Positions 23,500-35,902 of a DNA stretch of 64,000 nt are shown piece after piece. The notes beneath the pieces are model-generated. The model was not told the origin of the DNA. It saw only the letters and a list, made by a program, of their open reading frames with translations, and ran no database searches. The stretch is from Sphyrna mokarran (Eukaryota): positions 40,734,001 to 40,798,000 of the forward strand of contig JAGIQG010000018.1 in NCBI GenBank assembly GCA_024679065.1. The letters run 5' to 3'. The stretch's first letter is position 1. Every line of letters begins with the position of its first letter. A program made the position numbers and the translations under genes.

Positions 23500-24040
23500 T
23501 TGCTACCAGGAATGCTGTATATAGATTTCAGAGCCGTTGCAATGCAAAATGTGTAGGCCTTATATCGCAGCAATTGGCTGATCCAATCAAACAGCACACA
23601 GTTGATCATCTTGGGCAACGTACACCGCAAAATGCGCAACAAAATGACTATTGTTAGATGTGCTTCTGCAATTGGCAGTACTTGTTGAACACTTCTGAGT
23701 GTGCTAATAGCTATACTAACAACCAATTGAAGATAATCAGTCAAGCTAATAATGTGGCTCATATACTTTTGTTAGAAGCATCATACATTCATACACAGGG
23801 ATTCATTCTGTGCTAATAACAGGAATATGTTCAATCCTTGTGCCTTTTTGAATTACCTGGAGCCTGTCATTCCCTGTTCCTCCATGGCAGTGCTTTGGCT
23901 AATCTGTTGACTTGCCAACCGCTCTGCACCTGTAATACAAATTGTTGTGATTATTTGAAATTTGGCTTTTTTGTGTTGTCTTGACAAATGCAAGAAGGAA
24001 AAGTTCAGCAACTTGTCCCTCTTTCCAGTGATATTCAGAT
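23500..24040 (+). mobile_element. Penelope-like element relic, GIY-YIG endonuclease and 3' end
   Basis: NAVYRFQSRCNAKCVGLISQQLADPIKQH (degenerate VVY...YVG.T...L..R..EH), ASAIG and LEASYIHTQG; 3' terminus homologous to 59330-59580. Confidence 0.7.
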
Positions 24041-24486
24041 TTGAATTTTCTTTCCAGGAGCAATTGCCAATACCTTGCTTCTGAATTTATTTACAGAAAA
24101 TCTGATGATCCTCATTCATGCCTTTTTGTAAAAGAAACAGAGCATAATTTGACGACAATTTTCTGAGCAATTTGCTGACAGCTGTGTCCTTCGTTCAAAG
24201 CTTCAAAATCAGTGCTTCAGTTTTAATTGCTATTGAATGAATTTGATTTTATAGTAATATTGATAGAGGTAATCATGAACTCGAGTTAATGTCATGCTAT
24301 AATCTGGCCAGCAAAAATCCTCAACAAGATCACCACCACTCATTCTTACAAAATTATTTGCTATTAGTGTGGTTAAATTACATATAGAAAGTCTGTTGAA
24401 TTTTATCTAAGATTTGATAAATGTAGATTTTTGAAATTAAGTTTTCTAAATACTGTAGCCTGAATAAATGTTCTTTTCTTTCACAG

Positions 24487-24671
24487 GTGATTTGCCCAAT
24501 GAAAATTATTTTTGAAGGGAAGAAATGATTTCAGCAGAAGACCCACAACACATGTTGAAATATACAAAGATTTTGAGTGGTATTCCCAATAACAATTGTT
24601 GGGTTTAAAAATTATTTAATACCATTTAAGTTATTGAAAGAAGCTTGGATTAATTTTTGACAGCTTTCATC
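24487..24671 (+). other. EPN2: EPN2 5'UTR part of the first coding exon
   Basis: Acceptor 'ttcttttctttcacag|' ends at 24486, 185 nt before the ATG. Confidence 0.7.
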
Positions 24672-25269
24672 ATGACTACATCAGCTATTCGACGGCAAAT
24701 GAAAAACATTGTAAACAACTATTCTGAAGCTGAAATTAAAGTACGTGAGGCAACTTCCAATGACCCTTGGGGACCTTCTAGTTCCTTAATGACTGAAATT
24801 GCAGACCTAACTTATAATGTAGTAGCCTTCTCAGAAATAATGAGTATGATATGGAAACGTCTCAATGATCATGGCAAGAATTGGCGACATGTTTACAAGG
24901 CTCTTACGCTGTTAGACTATATGATAAAAACTGGGTCTGAAAGAGTTGCACAACAATGCAAGGAAAACATCTTTGCTATTCAAACTCTGAAAGATTTCCA
25001 GTATATTGATCGGGATGGCAAAGATCAAGGCATAAACGTACGAGAGAAGTCAAAGCAGCTTGTCACTTTGTTGAAAGACGATGAACGGCTCAAGTCAGAG
25101 AGAGCCCAGGCGCTTAAGACAAAAGAGCGTATGGCTCAAGTAGCCACAGGAGTAGGAAGCAATAATCAAATTACTTTTGGTCGTGGATCTAGCCAACCTA
25201 ATCTGTCAACGAGCTATTCAGAACACGAATATGGAAAATCAGGAGGATCACCTGCTTCATATCATGGTT
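24672..25269 (+). CDS. EPN2: Epsin-2, first coding exon (ENTH domain)
   Basis: MTTSAIRRQMKNIVNNYSEAEIKVREATSNDPWGPSSSLMTEIADLTYNVVAFSEIM...ITFGRGSSQPNLSTSYSEHEYGKSGGSPASYHG; the post-ENTH linker is EPN2-specific. Donor T|GTAAGT, phase 1. Confidence 0.97.
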
Positions 25270-26559
25270 GTAAGTAAATTTAATTCCTCATATTGTTTGC
25301 TGTTACTTGATCATTACATCTTGGAGTTTGAGTATATTTTGTTATCCTAGAGACTTGTATGGAAGAATACTTATGACACACTACTTTAGGGCTAATATTT
25401 TTATAGATATTTAAAATTAAGTTTATGGAGCTGTGAGAAGGATACAGAGATGCTTCAGTGTGAATTGAACAAGCTGAGTGAGAGAGCAAATGTGTGGCAG
25501 ATGCAGTGTAATGTGGATAAATGTACGAGGAGCTACAAGGTTGAGAGAACAATTTTAAATCTGTCAACAAAGAAAATGGATGCCAGGAAAATATGGAAAC
25601 CACTGAATTCCTTACATATGGATATGTGGGCTTTCTAGCTTAAGATTGCATGCAGCTACTTTATGGGGAAAAATAATGGGTGTTATTGTAATGAATTAGA
25701 TAATCTAATACTGAATGGTTTCTTTTCATAAAGATTTGCATTTGTGTTATCAGATTTAAGTGTTTCCCATACTGTGAATTACTCAAGGTATAACAACTGT
25801 GTTAGAAACAAATGTGTGGAAATTTTGCATGCACTAAGATCTCAAGTAGTAATGAATCACTTCAGTTTCTAAAGTAGGGGCACCTTAAATTACTTTACAG
25901 TCTATGTGATACTTTGGAAGTGTAGTCACTGTTGTAATGAAAGAATGAAATGAGGTAAATGATCAATTAATCAGAAGAGTTTATGATCAGACAGCATAAT
26001 CTAAAAATTACAGCCAGATCTTTTAGGAGTGAAATTAGGAAACACTACGCATAAAGGCTGATGGATGTTTGTGTTCCACAAACAACAATTGATACCAGAT
26101 CAATATTAATGCTAGATCAATTGTTGAACTTAAATCTTAATTGAGATCTGAGAGACTGTAAAATGCGTAGTAATTGCCTGGTTAAAATCTTCCAACTCTG
26201 TACATTTGAGTTGAAAACACATTAGCTGTGTTTAGACCTTACCAGCCTGTGGAAGACCTGTTTAAAATTATGGCTTTTTGTGTGTAGAAATATGTCAGTT
26301 TTGTGGGTGGGTGGGTGGCCGGGTGGGGGAAGGAACTTAAGTTGCTGGCTTATGCTTGTTTGTTGTGCCATTTAGATACTGTGATGCCGATGAAGTTATA
26401 TGTTGTGACTTTATGTTTAATGGAGGAGCAATGATTGTTGCGGATATTGATGAATTCTAATTTTGCTTCTGCTGAGTCCAAATACCCCATATGTCAACAC
26501 AAGCGCAGAAATTAATGTTATTGTGTGACTGCATCACCTAGATAATGATTAGTGAGAAT

Positions 26560-27260
26560 GAAAAAGGGGCCTCTGAAAACCAAAAGAAAAGTCTTTGAGA
26601 AAATTTCAAGAAGAGGCCTTGATTAAGAATAACTTGAAACAGATCAGATTTTTGAATTAGATGTGACAAGTAATGACCATGTAAGATTCAGGAGTGACTA
26701 CCTAAATACAAGATTTAAAATTCAAATAGAAAAGGAGAAAGTTGGCAAAAAAGCAAAGGCAGTATGTTGGACTAGGGCAGAGCTAGCTGAGGCAGAAACA
26801 AAAATGAACGCGAAGTAACAGTATTTTATCCATCGACTTTTTAAAACCTTAATATTTGTAAAAATGGTCACAGATTCTGTCAAAAGATTAGAGCATCCTA
26901 ACATTGAAGAAGGCATATGGGGTCTATAAATATGACAGTGGGACAGCAAGGAGAAAACTGTCACAAAAAAAGCTGTGTCAGTAAAAAAATAAAATTGAAA
27001 AATGAGGTTGTTCTCTTGAAAGGAACAGATAATGTGTTAATCTCAGAGAAGTAAGATTTGCAGGTACGTTATTGGGATCAAATCCTGAATAGGTTAAAAG
27101 TGAGATGAGAGATATTGCAATAAAAATGTTAAGCTGACCTAAAAAAGGTCAATACTTCAGCCTAATGGGATACACCCAAAAATTGAGGGAAATGAGTCAG
27201 AAATAGTAGAAGCCCTAGAAAGTTATGTTGAGTTTCTGCTGAGAGCAGATGTGTGGTGGA
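26560..27260 (+). mobile_element. Old CR1 LINE fragment
   Basis: Highly degenerate ORF2-like sequence (for example PNGIHPK, VEAL). Confidence 0.4.
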
Positions 27261-27519
27261 AGACTTTATTTACTTCAACTTTGTCCCTCAATGGACTGAA
27301 AGAACTATGGAAAGTCTGCCCCAGCCCTACCCTTTATTAAAGCCCTTTTTTGCTACAGCCAGATATCCATCCCACTCTTGGGATGGATCCTTCTTAATGT
27401 ACTTTGCTAGGTCGCCTTTGGCTGGCCCCAACTTATCCCTCCTGATGCATCCACTCGACTGTCACTCTGGTAGAGTATACATCTGGAAGGCAAAAGACTG
27501 CCACTTTTCAAAAAGGATG

Positions 27520-28275
27520 CTGGTGGTTAGCATTGATACCTCACAACGCCAGGGACCGGGGCTCAATTCTGGCCTTGGGTGACTTGTCTGTGTAGAGTTT
27601 GCATGTTCTCCCAGTGTCTGCATAAGTTTCCTGAGTGTTTCGGTTTCCACCCTCAGTCCAAAGATATGCAAGTTAAGTGAATTGCCCATACTATATTGCA
27701 TCTTAGTGTCCCTAGCTGTGGGGAGTATGGGTATTAGTGGGTAAATACATGGGTTATGAGTAAAATTGGAGGGTATTAGCTACGAGGAAAGGTTGGATAA
27801 ACTTAGTTTGTTCTCACTGGAATGACGGACATGGAGAGGTGAACTGATAGAGGTCTACAAGATTGAGTGGCATGGATAGAGTGGATAATGAGATGCTTGT
27901 TCCTAGGATAGAAGAGTCAAGTGCTATGGGACGTAGGCTTAAGGTGCACAGAGAAAAATTTAGAGGAGATTTGGGAGACGTGATTTTTTTATGCAGGGTG
28001 GTAAATGTCTAGGATGGACTGTTTGGCTAGGTGATGGGAGCAGGTGCAATTTAGCAATACTTAAGGGGCAATATATGTGATAAATACATGATTAGGATGG
28101 GAAAGAAAGGGTATGGACTCAGTAAGTGTACACGGTTTTAGTTTAGGCATGCGTTATGATCGGTGCAGGTTTGGGGATGAATGGACCTGTTTCTGTGCTC
28201 TACTTTGTTTTTTGAATCCTCTGTTGAAGAGTTGGTGTAGATAGACTGGCCTCCAGCACTGTAGGGATCCTATGA
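27520..28275 (+). mobile_element. V-SINE with an inserted CR1 3' end (~27765-28210)
   Basis: SINE head and V-domain at 27520-27760; CR1 SYEERLDKL...LIEVYK; SINE tail 'ctgtagggatcctatga' resumes afterwards. Confidence 0.75.
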
Positions 28276-28349
28276 TTTATAAGTTGATAAATTGCAAAAC
28301 AGTTATTTAACATCTGCAGTTGAGAACATTTTAGAATCTTTAATTAAAG

Positions 28350-28795
28350 ATGAAATTAATAATGGAATAATCTACACTTGCTTGGATAAGTGCAGCTCTA
28401 ACAACACTGGAAGCTCAAAACTATCCATAACAAAGCAGCCCACTTGATTAGATTCCTCTACCACAGTAATAGCAATGTGTACTGTCTACGAAATTGCTGC
28501 AGCAAATTCACCCAAGGGCTCTTCGGCACAATCATTCAGACTCACAATCTCTAGCAATTAGACATCAAGGGTACAAGTTCCCTCCAAGCCATACCATCCT
28601 GACTTAGAACTATATGCCTTTCTTTTGCTGTAGCTGGGCCAAAATCCTGCAACTCCTCTTCCCAATAACATTGTTCCTGCAACTCATGAACTGCAGCTGT
28701 TCAAAGAGGCCCTCTCTTTCCCAAGGACTATTGGGGATAGACAGTAAATGCTGGTCTAACCAGCAATGTCCAAATCTCATGAATGAATAAATAAA
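28350..28795 (+). mobile_element. CR1/L2-clade LINE 3' fragment (second family)
   Basis: Homologous to 44085-44895, 46460-48830 and 63000-63840; tail 'atgaatgaataaa'. Confidence 0.65.
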
Positions 28796-29779
28796 AGAAT
28801 ATTAAGAGAAAAAAATTAAAGCAGCCAACATGGATTTAGAACGGAGACTACGCTTGAGAAACCTGAGTTCTTTGGAGGAATTTTCTTAAGGAGTTCAGCA
28901 GCTACATTTTTACAACTTTGTGCTCCCAATGCTGATGATCTCAGTCTGCATTTTTTTAAATCAAGTATGCTTTTTCTTTGAGAATTATTGAATGTGGTAG
29001 GAAATGCTTATATAGTCTGTTGCAAAGATTGTGAAGAGCTGTCATTTAAAAAGTACACCAGGCAGTTGTTAGTAAATCTTCATTTCTTGATTAAAAAAAA
29101 AAATAAATCGGCCACCATAAGCAAAGATGGTTGAGTTGGGAAACTGAAAGATCTGTTGACTAGCAATTGTCCCAGCAACTGCAGTAGAAAAAGCTGAACA
29201 TGTATTTGTGGAAAAAAATAATTGGCTGAACTGCCTTCAATTATCTGTCTTAACATTGCTATATTTCTCCCTACGATAGCTGAGAGAATTTATCCTAGTG
29301 ATAATATGGTGTGCCTTTCAATGGTCATTTTTATGTGATAATGTGCAAATTTAAGTTTCACAACTCAAGGTCTTTTGCTGTTCAAAATGAATTAAAAGAG
29401 ACTGTTATTTGCGTGATTTATTTTAACCACCTGTTGTGAAGAAAACAATCCATTACTGTTGCTGGGTCTTAAAATTTTGAGATTAGAAAAATGTGTTTTT
29501 GAAATTTTCAAAATATTCTCTTGATTCTTTTGGTACCTGGCATTCCAGAAGTAATGTCCATGCTTTTCTTTTGAAGAAGTATTGAGTAGAATTGCTGTTA
29601 CCTGGTTCTGGTAACATGTAGACCCTATGTCTGTGATTAATGTAGCCGAATCAAATCCAGAAATCAAATTAGCTCTTATAAGCTTTAATTCATGATTTGG
29701 CCAGTTTGAAAAATGGATTCACCTGATGATGATGGCAGGAAATTTACATAAGAATTATCAGGAGATATCTGCTGGGTGG

Positions 29780-30000
29780 AGGTCCTATCGCTCAGTGATC
29801 GCATTCCTGTCTCTGGGTTCAAAGCTCTGAATTCAAGTCCTATTTTAGGACTTGATGGCCAAGAAGGTGTGTTCATAATGGGGCCAAACAGGTTGATTAT
29901 CACCTTGTAAATTCTTTGAATATGCCTGATTGCAGGCAGTAAGAGCAGGAGAATTTCTGATCAGCCTTATTGTAGAAGGCAACATCAAACAACTGCAGTC
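29780..30000 (+). mobile_element. Possible tRNA-derived SINE with an RTE-type tail
   Basis: A/B-box-like 'cgctcagtga...ttcaagtcc' and 3' 'gaaggcaacatcaaacaactgcagt', resembling RTE/BovB 3' ends. Confidence 0.3.
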
Positions 30001-30269
30001 ACAATATAACCACAGACCAATCTACCCTCTTTGAGCATGTTACCTGAAGGAAGTCGACCTACTGGATTTTTGGGTTAAATCCAAGTTTCTAATCAGTACA
30101 AATGTTAAACCTACTCAAGCTGGGTATCTCATGTAACTTGGAAAAAAATACAGTATACGTTATGCTTATCGTTCCTGTTGGAAAAGCTACTGTTGTATGG
30201 ATTTCAGCATACACAAGTGAGTTTTCATAGGTAATTATTTGACTACTTCTCTGTATCATAGTATCCTAA

Positions 30270-30940
30270 CGCAGTGTAATATGGAAGGAGACTATTTGGT
30301 ATCATACCTGTGCTGGCACTATAGAGCTAGCTAATTAGTCCCACTCCCCTGGCTTTTCCCAGTAGTCCTGAGGTTTTTCCTTCGTATATTCAACTCCCTT
30401 TTGAGATTCACTATTAAATCTGCTTTTACCACTCAAGTAGTGTTCCAGAACATAACTTACTGTGTGTGTGTGTTTTTTTAACATGTTTCCACACATTGCT
30501 TCTTTTTTTTTGTCATTTAAAGCAGTGTCTTCTGGTTGCAGACTCTTCTCCCCTGGAAACTGTTTTGCTTAGTTGCTATGTCAAAACCATTTATGGCTGT
30601 ACACACACATCAATTTTTATCTTAACATCTCTATTTTAAGAATAACTCTACCTTCTACACCCTCTCTACATAGTTTCAGACCCTCATCGCTGGCAATATT
30701 TGAATAAATCTCCTCCACACCCTCATCCAAGTCTTGACATTCTCTCTGAAGTGTGTTGCCCAGAATTGAAAACATTACTCCAGCTGAGGCTGAACAATCT
30801 TTTATAAAGATTAAGCACAACTTCCTTGCTTTGTATTCACTGTATACTTTTATAACAGATGTATCAACTTTTGGGATTTGTAGAAATGTAGTCCCAAGTC
30901 TTAGTGTTCCTGTACTGTTTTTAAAACTGTACCCTTTATA
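30270..30940 (-). mobile_element. Old CR1 LINE 3' fragment
   Basis: Reverse CR1 tail and degenerate ORF2 C-terminus. Confidence 0.6.
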
Positions 30941-30944
30941 ACTG

Positions 30945-32424
30945 ATAAGTAACTGGCTTAGTAATAGTGGAAGGGTGTTTTTCTAGTTGGAGGTCGGTCA
31001 CTAGTCATGTGCCGCAGGGCTTGTACTGGGACCTCTTCTATTTGTAATATATATAAATGACTTGGAAGAGGGAGTAAGTGGAGTGATCAGCAAGTTTGCA
31101 GACAATACAAAGATGACTGGACTTGCGGATAGTGAGGAGCATTGTCGGGCGATGCAGCAGGACGGAAATAGGCCGGACGTTTGGGCAGATAGGTGGCAGA
31201 TGGAATTCAATCCTGATAAATGCGAGATGATGCATTTCGGGAGAAAGAATGTAGGCGGGAGGTAGCCCTATTAAGAGTATAGAAACGCAGAGGGACCTCG
31301 GGGTGCAGGTGTACAAGTCTCTGAAGGTGGCAGAGCAGGTGGAGAAGGTTGTGAAGAAAGCATATGGTATGCTAGCCTTTATAGGAAGGGGTATAGAGTA
31401 CGAGAACTGGCCTTTAATGTTGCAGTTGTATAAAACGTTAGTTAGACCTCATTTGGAATACCGCGTCTAGTTCTGGAGGCCTTACTACCAGAAGGATGTG
31501 GAGACTTTGAAGAGAGTGCAAAGGAGGTTTACCAGCATGATGCTTGGTATGGAAGGTCTGAGTTACGAGGAGAGGTTAGGCAAATTGGGGCTGTTTTCCT
31601 TAGAAAAACGTAGACTTAGAGGAGATCTAATAGAGGTGTACAAATTATGAGGGGTATAGATAAACAGGGTTAAGCTTTTTCCTAGAATGGACTCAAATAG
31701 CACGAGGGGTCACAGGCTTAGGGTGAGGGGGGGGTAAGGTATAATTTGGATGCTAGAAGGAGTTTTTTTCACCCAGAGGGTGGGGGGGGGTATGGAATGT
31801 GCTGCCAAGTAAAGTCGTGGAGACAGGCACTCTGGAGTTATTTAAGAGATATTTAGATGGGCACATGAACAGAATGGGAATGGAGGGGTATAGAAAACGG
31901 ATTTAAAATGGGGATCATGAGCCTTTATGTAAATAGATGATGATATAGATGTACTTATTTTTAATCCTACAGGTGCTTTGATCCACCTTATTGTCTAACA
32001 AGGGGCATACACGCGATGGGTCGCAAGAGGGCTGCTCTTGGGCTTTTTTCGAGAGTATCCTAGTGCTTCACGTCATTAGTGTACGCTTGACTTGGACCAT
32101 TTGATGAGCAACACGACAGCTCAGTGACTATCGCTTTGCTGTGCAGATACATGGATTTGGGCCTGTGTCTGTGGGAGTTTGCTCATTTCCCCGTGCTTGC
32201 GTGGGTTTTCTTCAGGTGCTCTAGTTTCCTCCCACATCCCAAAAATGTGCTCGTAGGCTAATTGGCAGAACAAATTCTCCCTAAATTGTCTCAAATTTGG
32301 TTTCAATCCATAGATCTATAAACATGGACAGGGATCACGGGCAGAGGTGGGAACATCGGGGTGGCGGTGCCGGTTCGTTGGGCCGAAGGGCCTGTTTCCC
32401 ATGCTGTTTTGTTCTTTGTTCTTT
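30945..32424 (+). mobile_element. CR1 LINE (RT C-terminal half) with an extended 3'UTR containing the structured module and V-SINE body (copy 2)
   Basis: ISKFADNTK...WQMEFNPDKCEMMHFG; ORF2 ends 'gaggggtatag' at ~31893; a ~530-nt 3'UTR ends in the CR1 tail 'gggccgaagggcctgtttcccatgctgttttgttctttgttcttt'. Confidence 0.85.
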
Positions 32425-33649
32425 AAGTTAATATTGCCTTCCTGCATTAAATTTCAACTGTCATATATTGTTTAACCAGCTGTGTCCACCTGAAGTCTTA
32501 AATATGTAGACGTTAATGGAGATAGATGGTGTTGTGTCAGTTAATTGTTGCTATTTTGAATGGAATTCTGGATGGTTTCACTGAACTTTTAGGTTTGCGT
32601 AACATTTTGAAACTTACTTTAAATTTCCATTTTTATAAATATTTTTGAAAACAGTTTAATCCGAGAAACGTGCACCTAAACAGATGTTTGAATATTTGTG
32701 TAGCAACACTGACTGAATATGATCTTATAAGTGTTAAAATTGCACTCAACAAATAAACTAAAAGCTAAAAAGTTGGGCGTTAAATTAGTCATATAAAAGG
32801 TTAATTACAAAAGTAAGGAAACAGTATCAACGAAATGAAATGTACAAAGTGGGATGCAAATATTAAAATGAAGCTTTACTTGTAAATAGCCTATCCTAAT
32901 CTATAAAGTTTTTTTTTACTAATTTGCTTCAGTTTTTATGATCATGCATTCGCCTTCTAGCTAAAAATGTTCATTGTTGTCATGCTACTGTCTGAATTTG
33001 GAAAAACTTTTTAAAAGTTCATGTATTATATAATGATGTAACTTGTAGAATTACAGTATTTTACATAAGACCATTCCGTGATTCACAATTAATTCTGTCA
33101 GGCTAAAGGACCGATCCACTTATTTTCATTCCAGCACGTTTTCCCCTTGCATATGTCAGATATTTAATGCAATAAATTCTTAGCTGCAGTAACTATTCAT
33201 CAACAGAATATTTTCAAAAAGTAAACAACTGACAAAATATTTGTTTTAATTTTTATAACTGTCAAGTTATGAGAAGGCAGCTGACACAAATCATGCCTTA
33301 GCACTGACATCATGAGAAGAAAGGAAATGTTGAATTTAATTTTTTAAAGCTGAGTACAAATATTTGCTTAACTCTGAAATTATTTGTTTGGCTCCATTTA
33401 GAATTATCATATAAACATGAAGTCAGCTTTGAGAGCACACAACTTTTATATTTTAAATGTTTGAAATGGATCTACTTTTAATTTCAAGCATCATTTGCAG
33501 TGTCTCCTCTTACTGTACCTGCAGTGTCACCTCCAGAGATCCCCCAAGGTCTGTGGTTTCTTTTGCTACTTGCTGATCCTCAGTTATTTGGAGTCATCTG
33601 GACAACTACAAATGCAAGCTGAAGCTAGTTGTGGTTCTCATTGAATCAT

Positions 33650-34600
33650 TACAACACAGAAGATCACTCAACTAATTAAATTTATATAGCGCTCTGTGCA
33701 GCAATCCAGTCAGCTCCATTTCCCTGTTATCACTGTGGCCCTGCAAGTTTATTTCCATCAAGTATCGGCTCAATTCCTTTTGAAATAATTGATTGTCTCC
33801 TCTCCCACTATTCTTGTAGATAGCAAGTTAAAGGTTATTGTCATTTGCTGCATAAAACAAAAGTTTTTCCTTGTATCTTTTGCCAAAAATGTTAAATCTC
33901 TGTCCCCTAATCCTTGTACAAATAGCTTCCTTCTGTTTACCTCATCTAAAACTGTCATAACTTTAATGAATCTCCTTTCAACTTCCTTTACTTCAAGACA
34001 AAAACCTCAGCTTCAACAACTTACCCCTGTGGAAAAATTCCTTCATTTATGGAATCATTCTTTTTCACCTTCTTAAAGAAACTCACATCTTTCCTAAAAT
34101 GTGATGACCAGAACTGAGTTCCATCCAGAGCTTCCTGAAGGTTCAGCTCAACTTCTCTGCCTTTGAGCTCCACATCTTTATTTATGAAACCCAAGATTCT
34201 ATATGTTTTGCTAACTGTTCACTCAAATGTTCTACCATCTTCAAAGATCTATGCACATGTCCCCAGACCCCACACTTTTGGATCTTGCCGTTAAGTCTAT
34301 ATTGTGTCCCTCAATCCTGTAATGCATCACCTCCTTACAGTCCTTCTGTGTATTAAATCCCACCTGCCACTTAATTGCCTTTTCTGTTAGCCTATCTATA
34401 ATATGCTTCAGTCAATTTAATATCATTATCACTGTTAACTGTATCTCCAAGTTTGGTCGTATCAATAAATTTTGAAATTTTACTGTCTTCCAGTATCTAA
34501 GTCATTTATGTGAGTATAGATATGTCCACATAACAAAAAATGTGGTGATCTTGGCATGATTTCTGGGGTACATTGCTAACTACTATATTCTACTGTGATT
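33650..34600 (-). mobile_element. Old CR1 LINE fragment
   Basis: Degenerate reverse ORF2 C-terminus and tail. Confidence 0.6.
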
Positions 34601-34959
34601 TTTTTTATCAAAAAATTCAAGTTTTTAAGATTTGTCCATGAAATTTGGGCATAGCTGGCAAGGGCCAGCATTTATTGCCCATCCCTAATTTCCCTTGAGA
34701 AGTTAGTGATTAGATTAGTCAAACACTAACTTTTGAAAATTTGTACTGGCTCTCAATTAGTCAAATTGGGAGGTGGAGGAGTTGGGAAGTGGTGTGGATG
34801 AATGGATTATTCTAAGCTCTTCGGCTCCTCTGCCCTGGCTGCATGAGGTGTTTGGTGTCTCAAGACCAGGTTTCCACAACAGCCTGAGATACAGCCTCAT
34901 AGATTGAAAGTAGCCATTAGTGTAGGGCTAGAGAGGATTTGTTGACAGGGCTACAAGGC

Positions 34960-35680
34960 CAAGAATGAAAACAACCTGTATTTATGGTTGCTTGGTATTG
35001 CAAACTTGAACATTGCGGACGAGAGTGATGTGGACCTGCGTAAATATGAACATAAGTCATTGAATATTTTTGGACTGGTTGAGAGCGTGGCTAATATAGC
35101 ACATAGCATACAAGAGCAAGGAGGTTATGTTGAATTTCTATGAGAAACTAGTTTGGTCTGAACTGAAGTATTGCGACCCATTCTGGGCTCAGCACTTCAG
35201 GGAAAATATGAAGGCATTGGAGAGAGTGCAGAAATGATCTGTGAGGATTGCTCCAAGGATGAGACACTTCAGCTATGAGGTTAGCACTGTTTCCTTGGGA
35301 GAAAAGAAGGCTGAGAGAAAGTTTGTTAAAAGTATTCAAAATCATGTGGGAGCCTGGAAAAAATACAAAGGGAGAAAGTGTTCCCACTCGTGAGGAGATT
35401 AAGAATAAGAGGGCACAGATTTTTAAATAATCGCTGAAAAAAGAAAAAGCGAAGTAAGAAAACTGCTTTCATGAAGCAAGGGGCGAAGATCTAGCATGCA
35501 CAGCCTGAATGTGTCATTGCAGGCCTGTTCAATTGAAGCATTCAGAAAGGAATTAGACTGTTATGTGAGAAAGAAAATTGTAAAGGGTTGTAGGGAGAAG
35601 TTGGGAAAATGAGCAGTTTACTTGGGGCCATTCAGAGAGCAAGTGTACACAGATCAAATGGCATCTATCTGTGCTGCACT
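34960..35680 (+). mobile_element. Old CR1 LINE fragment
   Basis: Degenerate LKYCDPFWAQHFRENMKALERVQK. Confidence 0.65.
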
Positions 35681-35902
35681 GATTTTGACGTTGAAGCTTT
35701 TTATCTTGTGTGAGAAGCTGATGGGAATAGTGACAACAGCCTGCAGCATTTCATTATTCCTTTTATTTATATTTCTTTTAAAAATATTTTAAATCTGTGA
35801 TGGTGACATTTATTTCAGCATCAAGATCTTGCAGATCAGACGTAGAACATTTAAATGCAGCATAAAGCTCCCTTTACCTCTGCAAAACTATTCTACTGTG
35901 AA

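Noticed and set aside
23975-24010. Hammerhead remnant at Penelope 3' ends (also ~59525-59560)
   Set aside because: The CUGANGA box is destroyed, so the sequence is too decayed to call.
24657-24671. ORF-track start at TTG 24657 and the C-terminal 'CK*' of the 206-aa ORF
   Set aside because: The conserved epsin start is ATG 24672 (MTTS), and the ORF end reads through the donor at 25269 into the intron.
31972-32110. HDV-like ribozyme interpretation of the structured module
   Set aside because: Helix order and spacing leave no room for P1.1, P4 or J4/2, so it does not fit the HDV fold.
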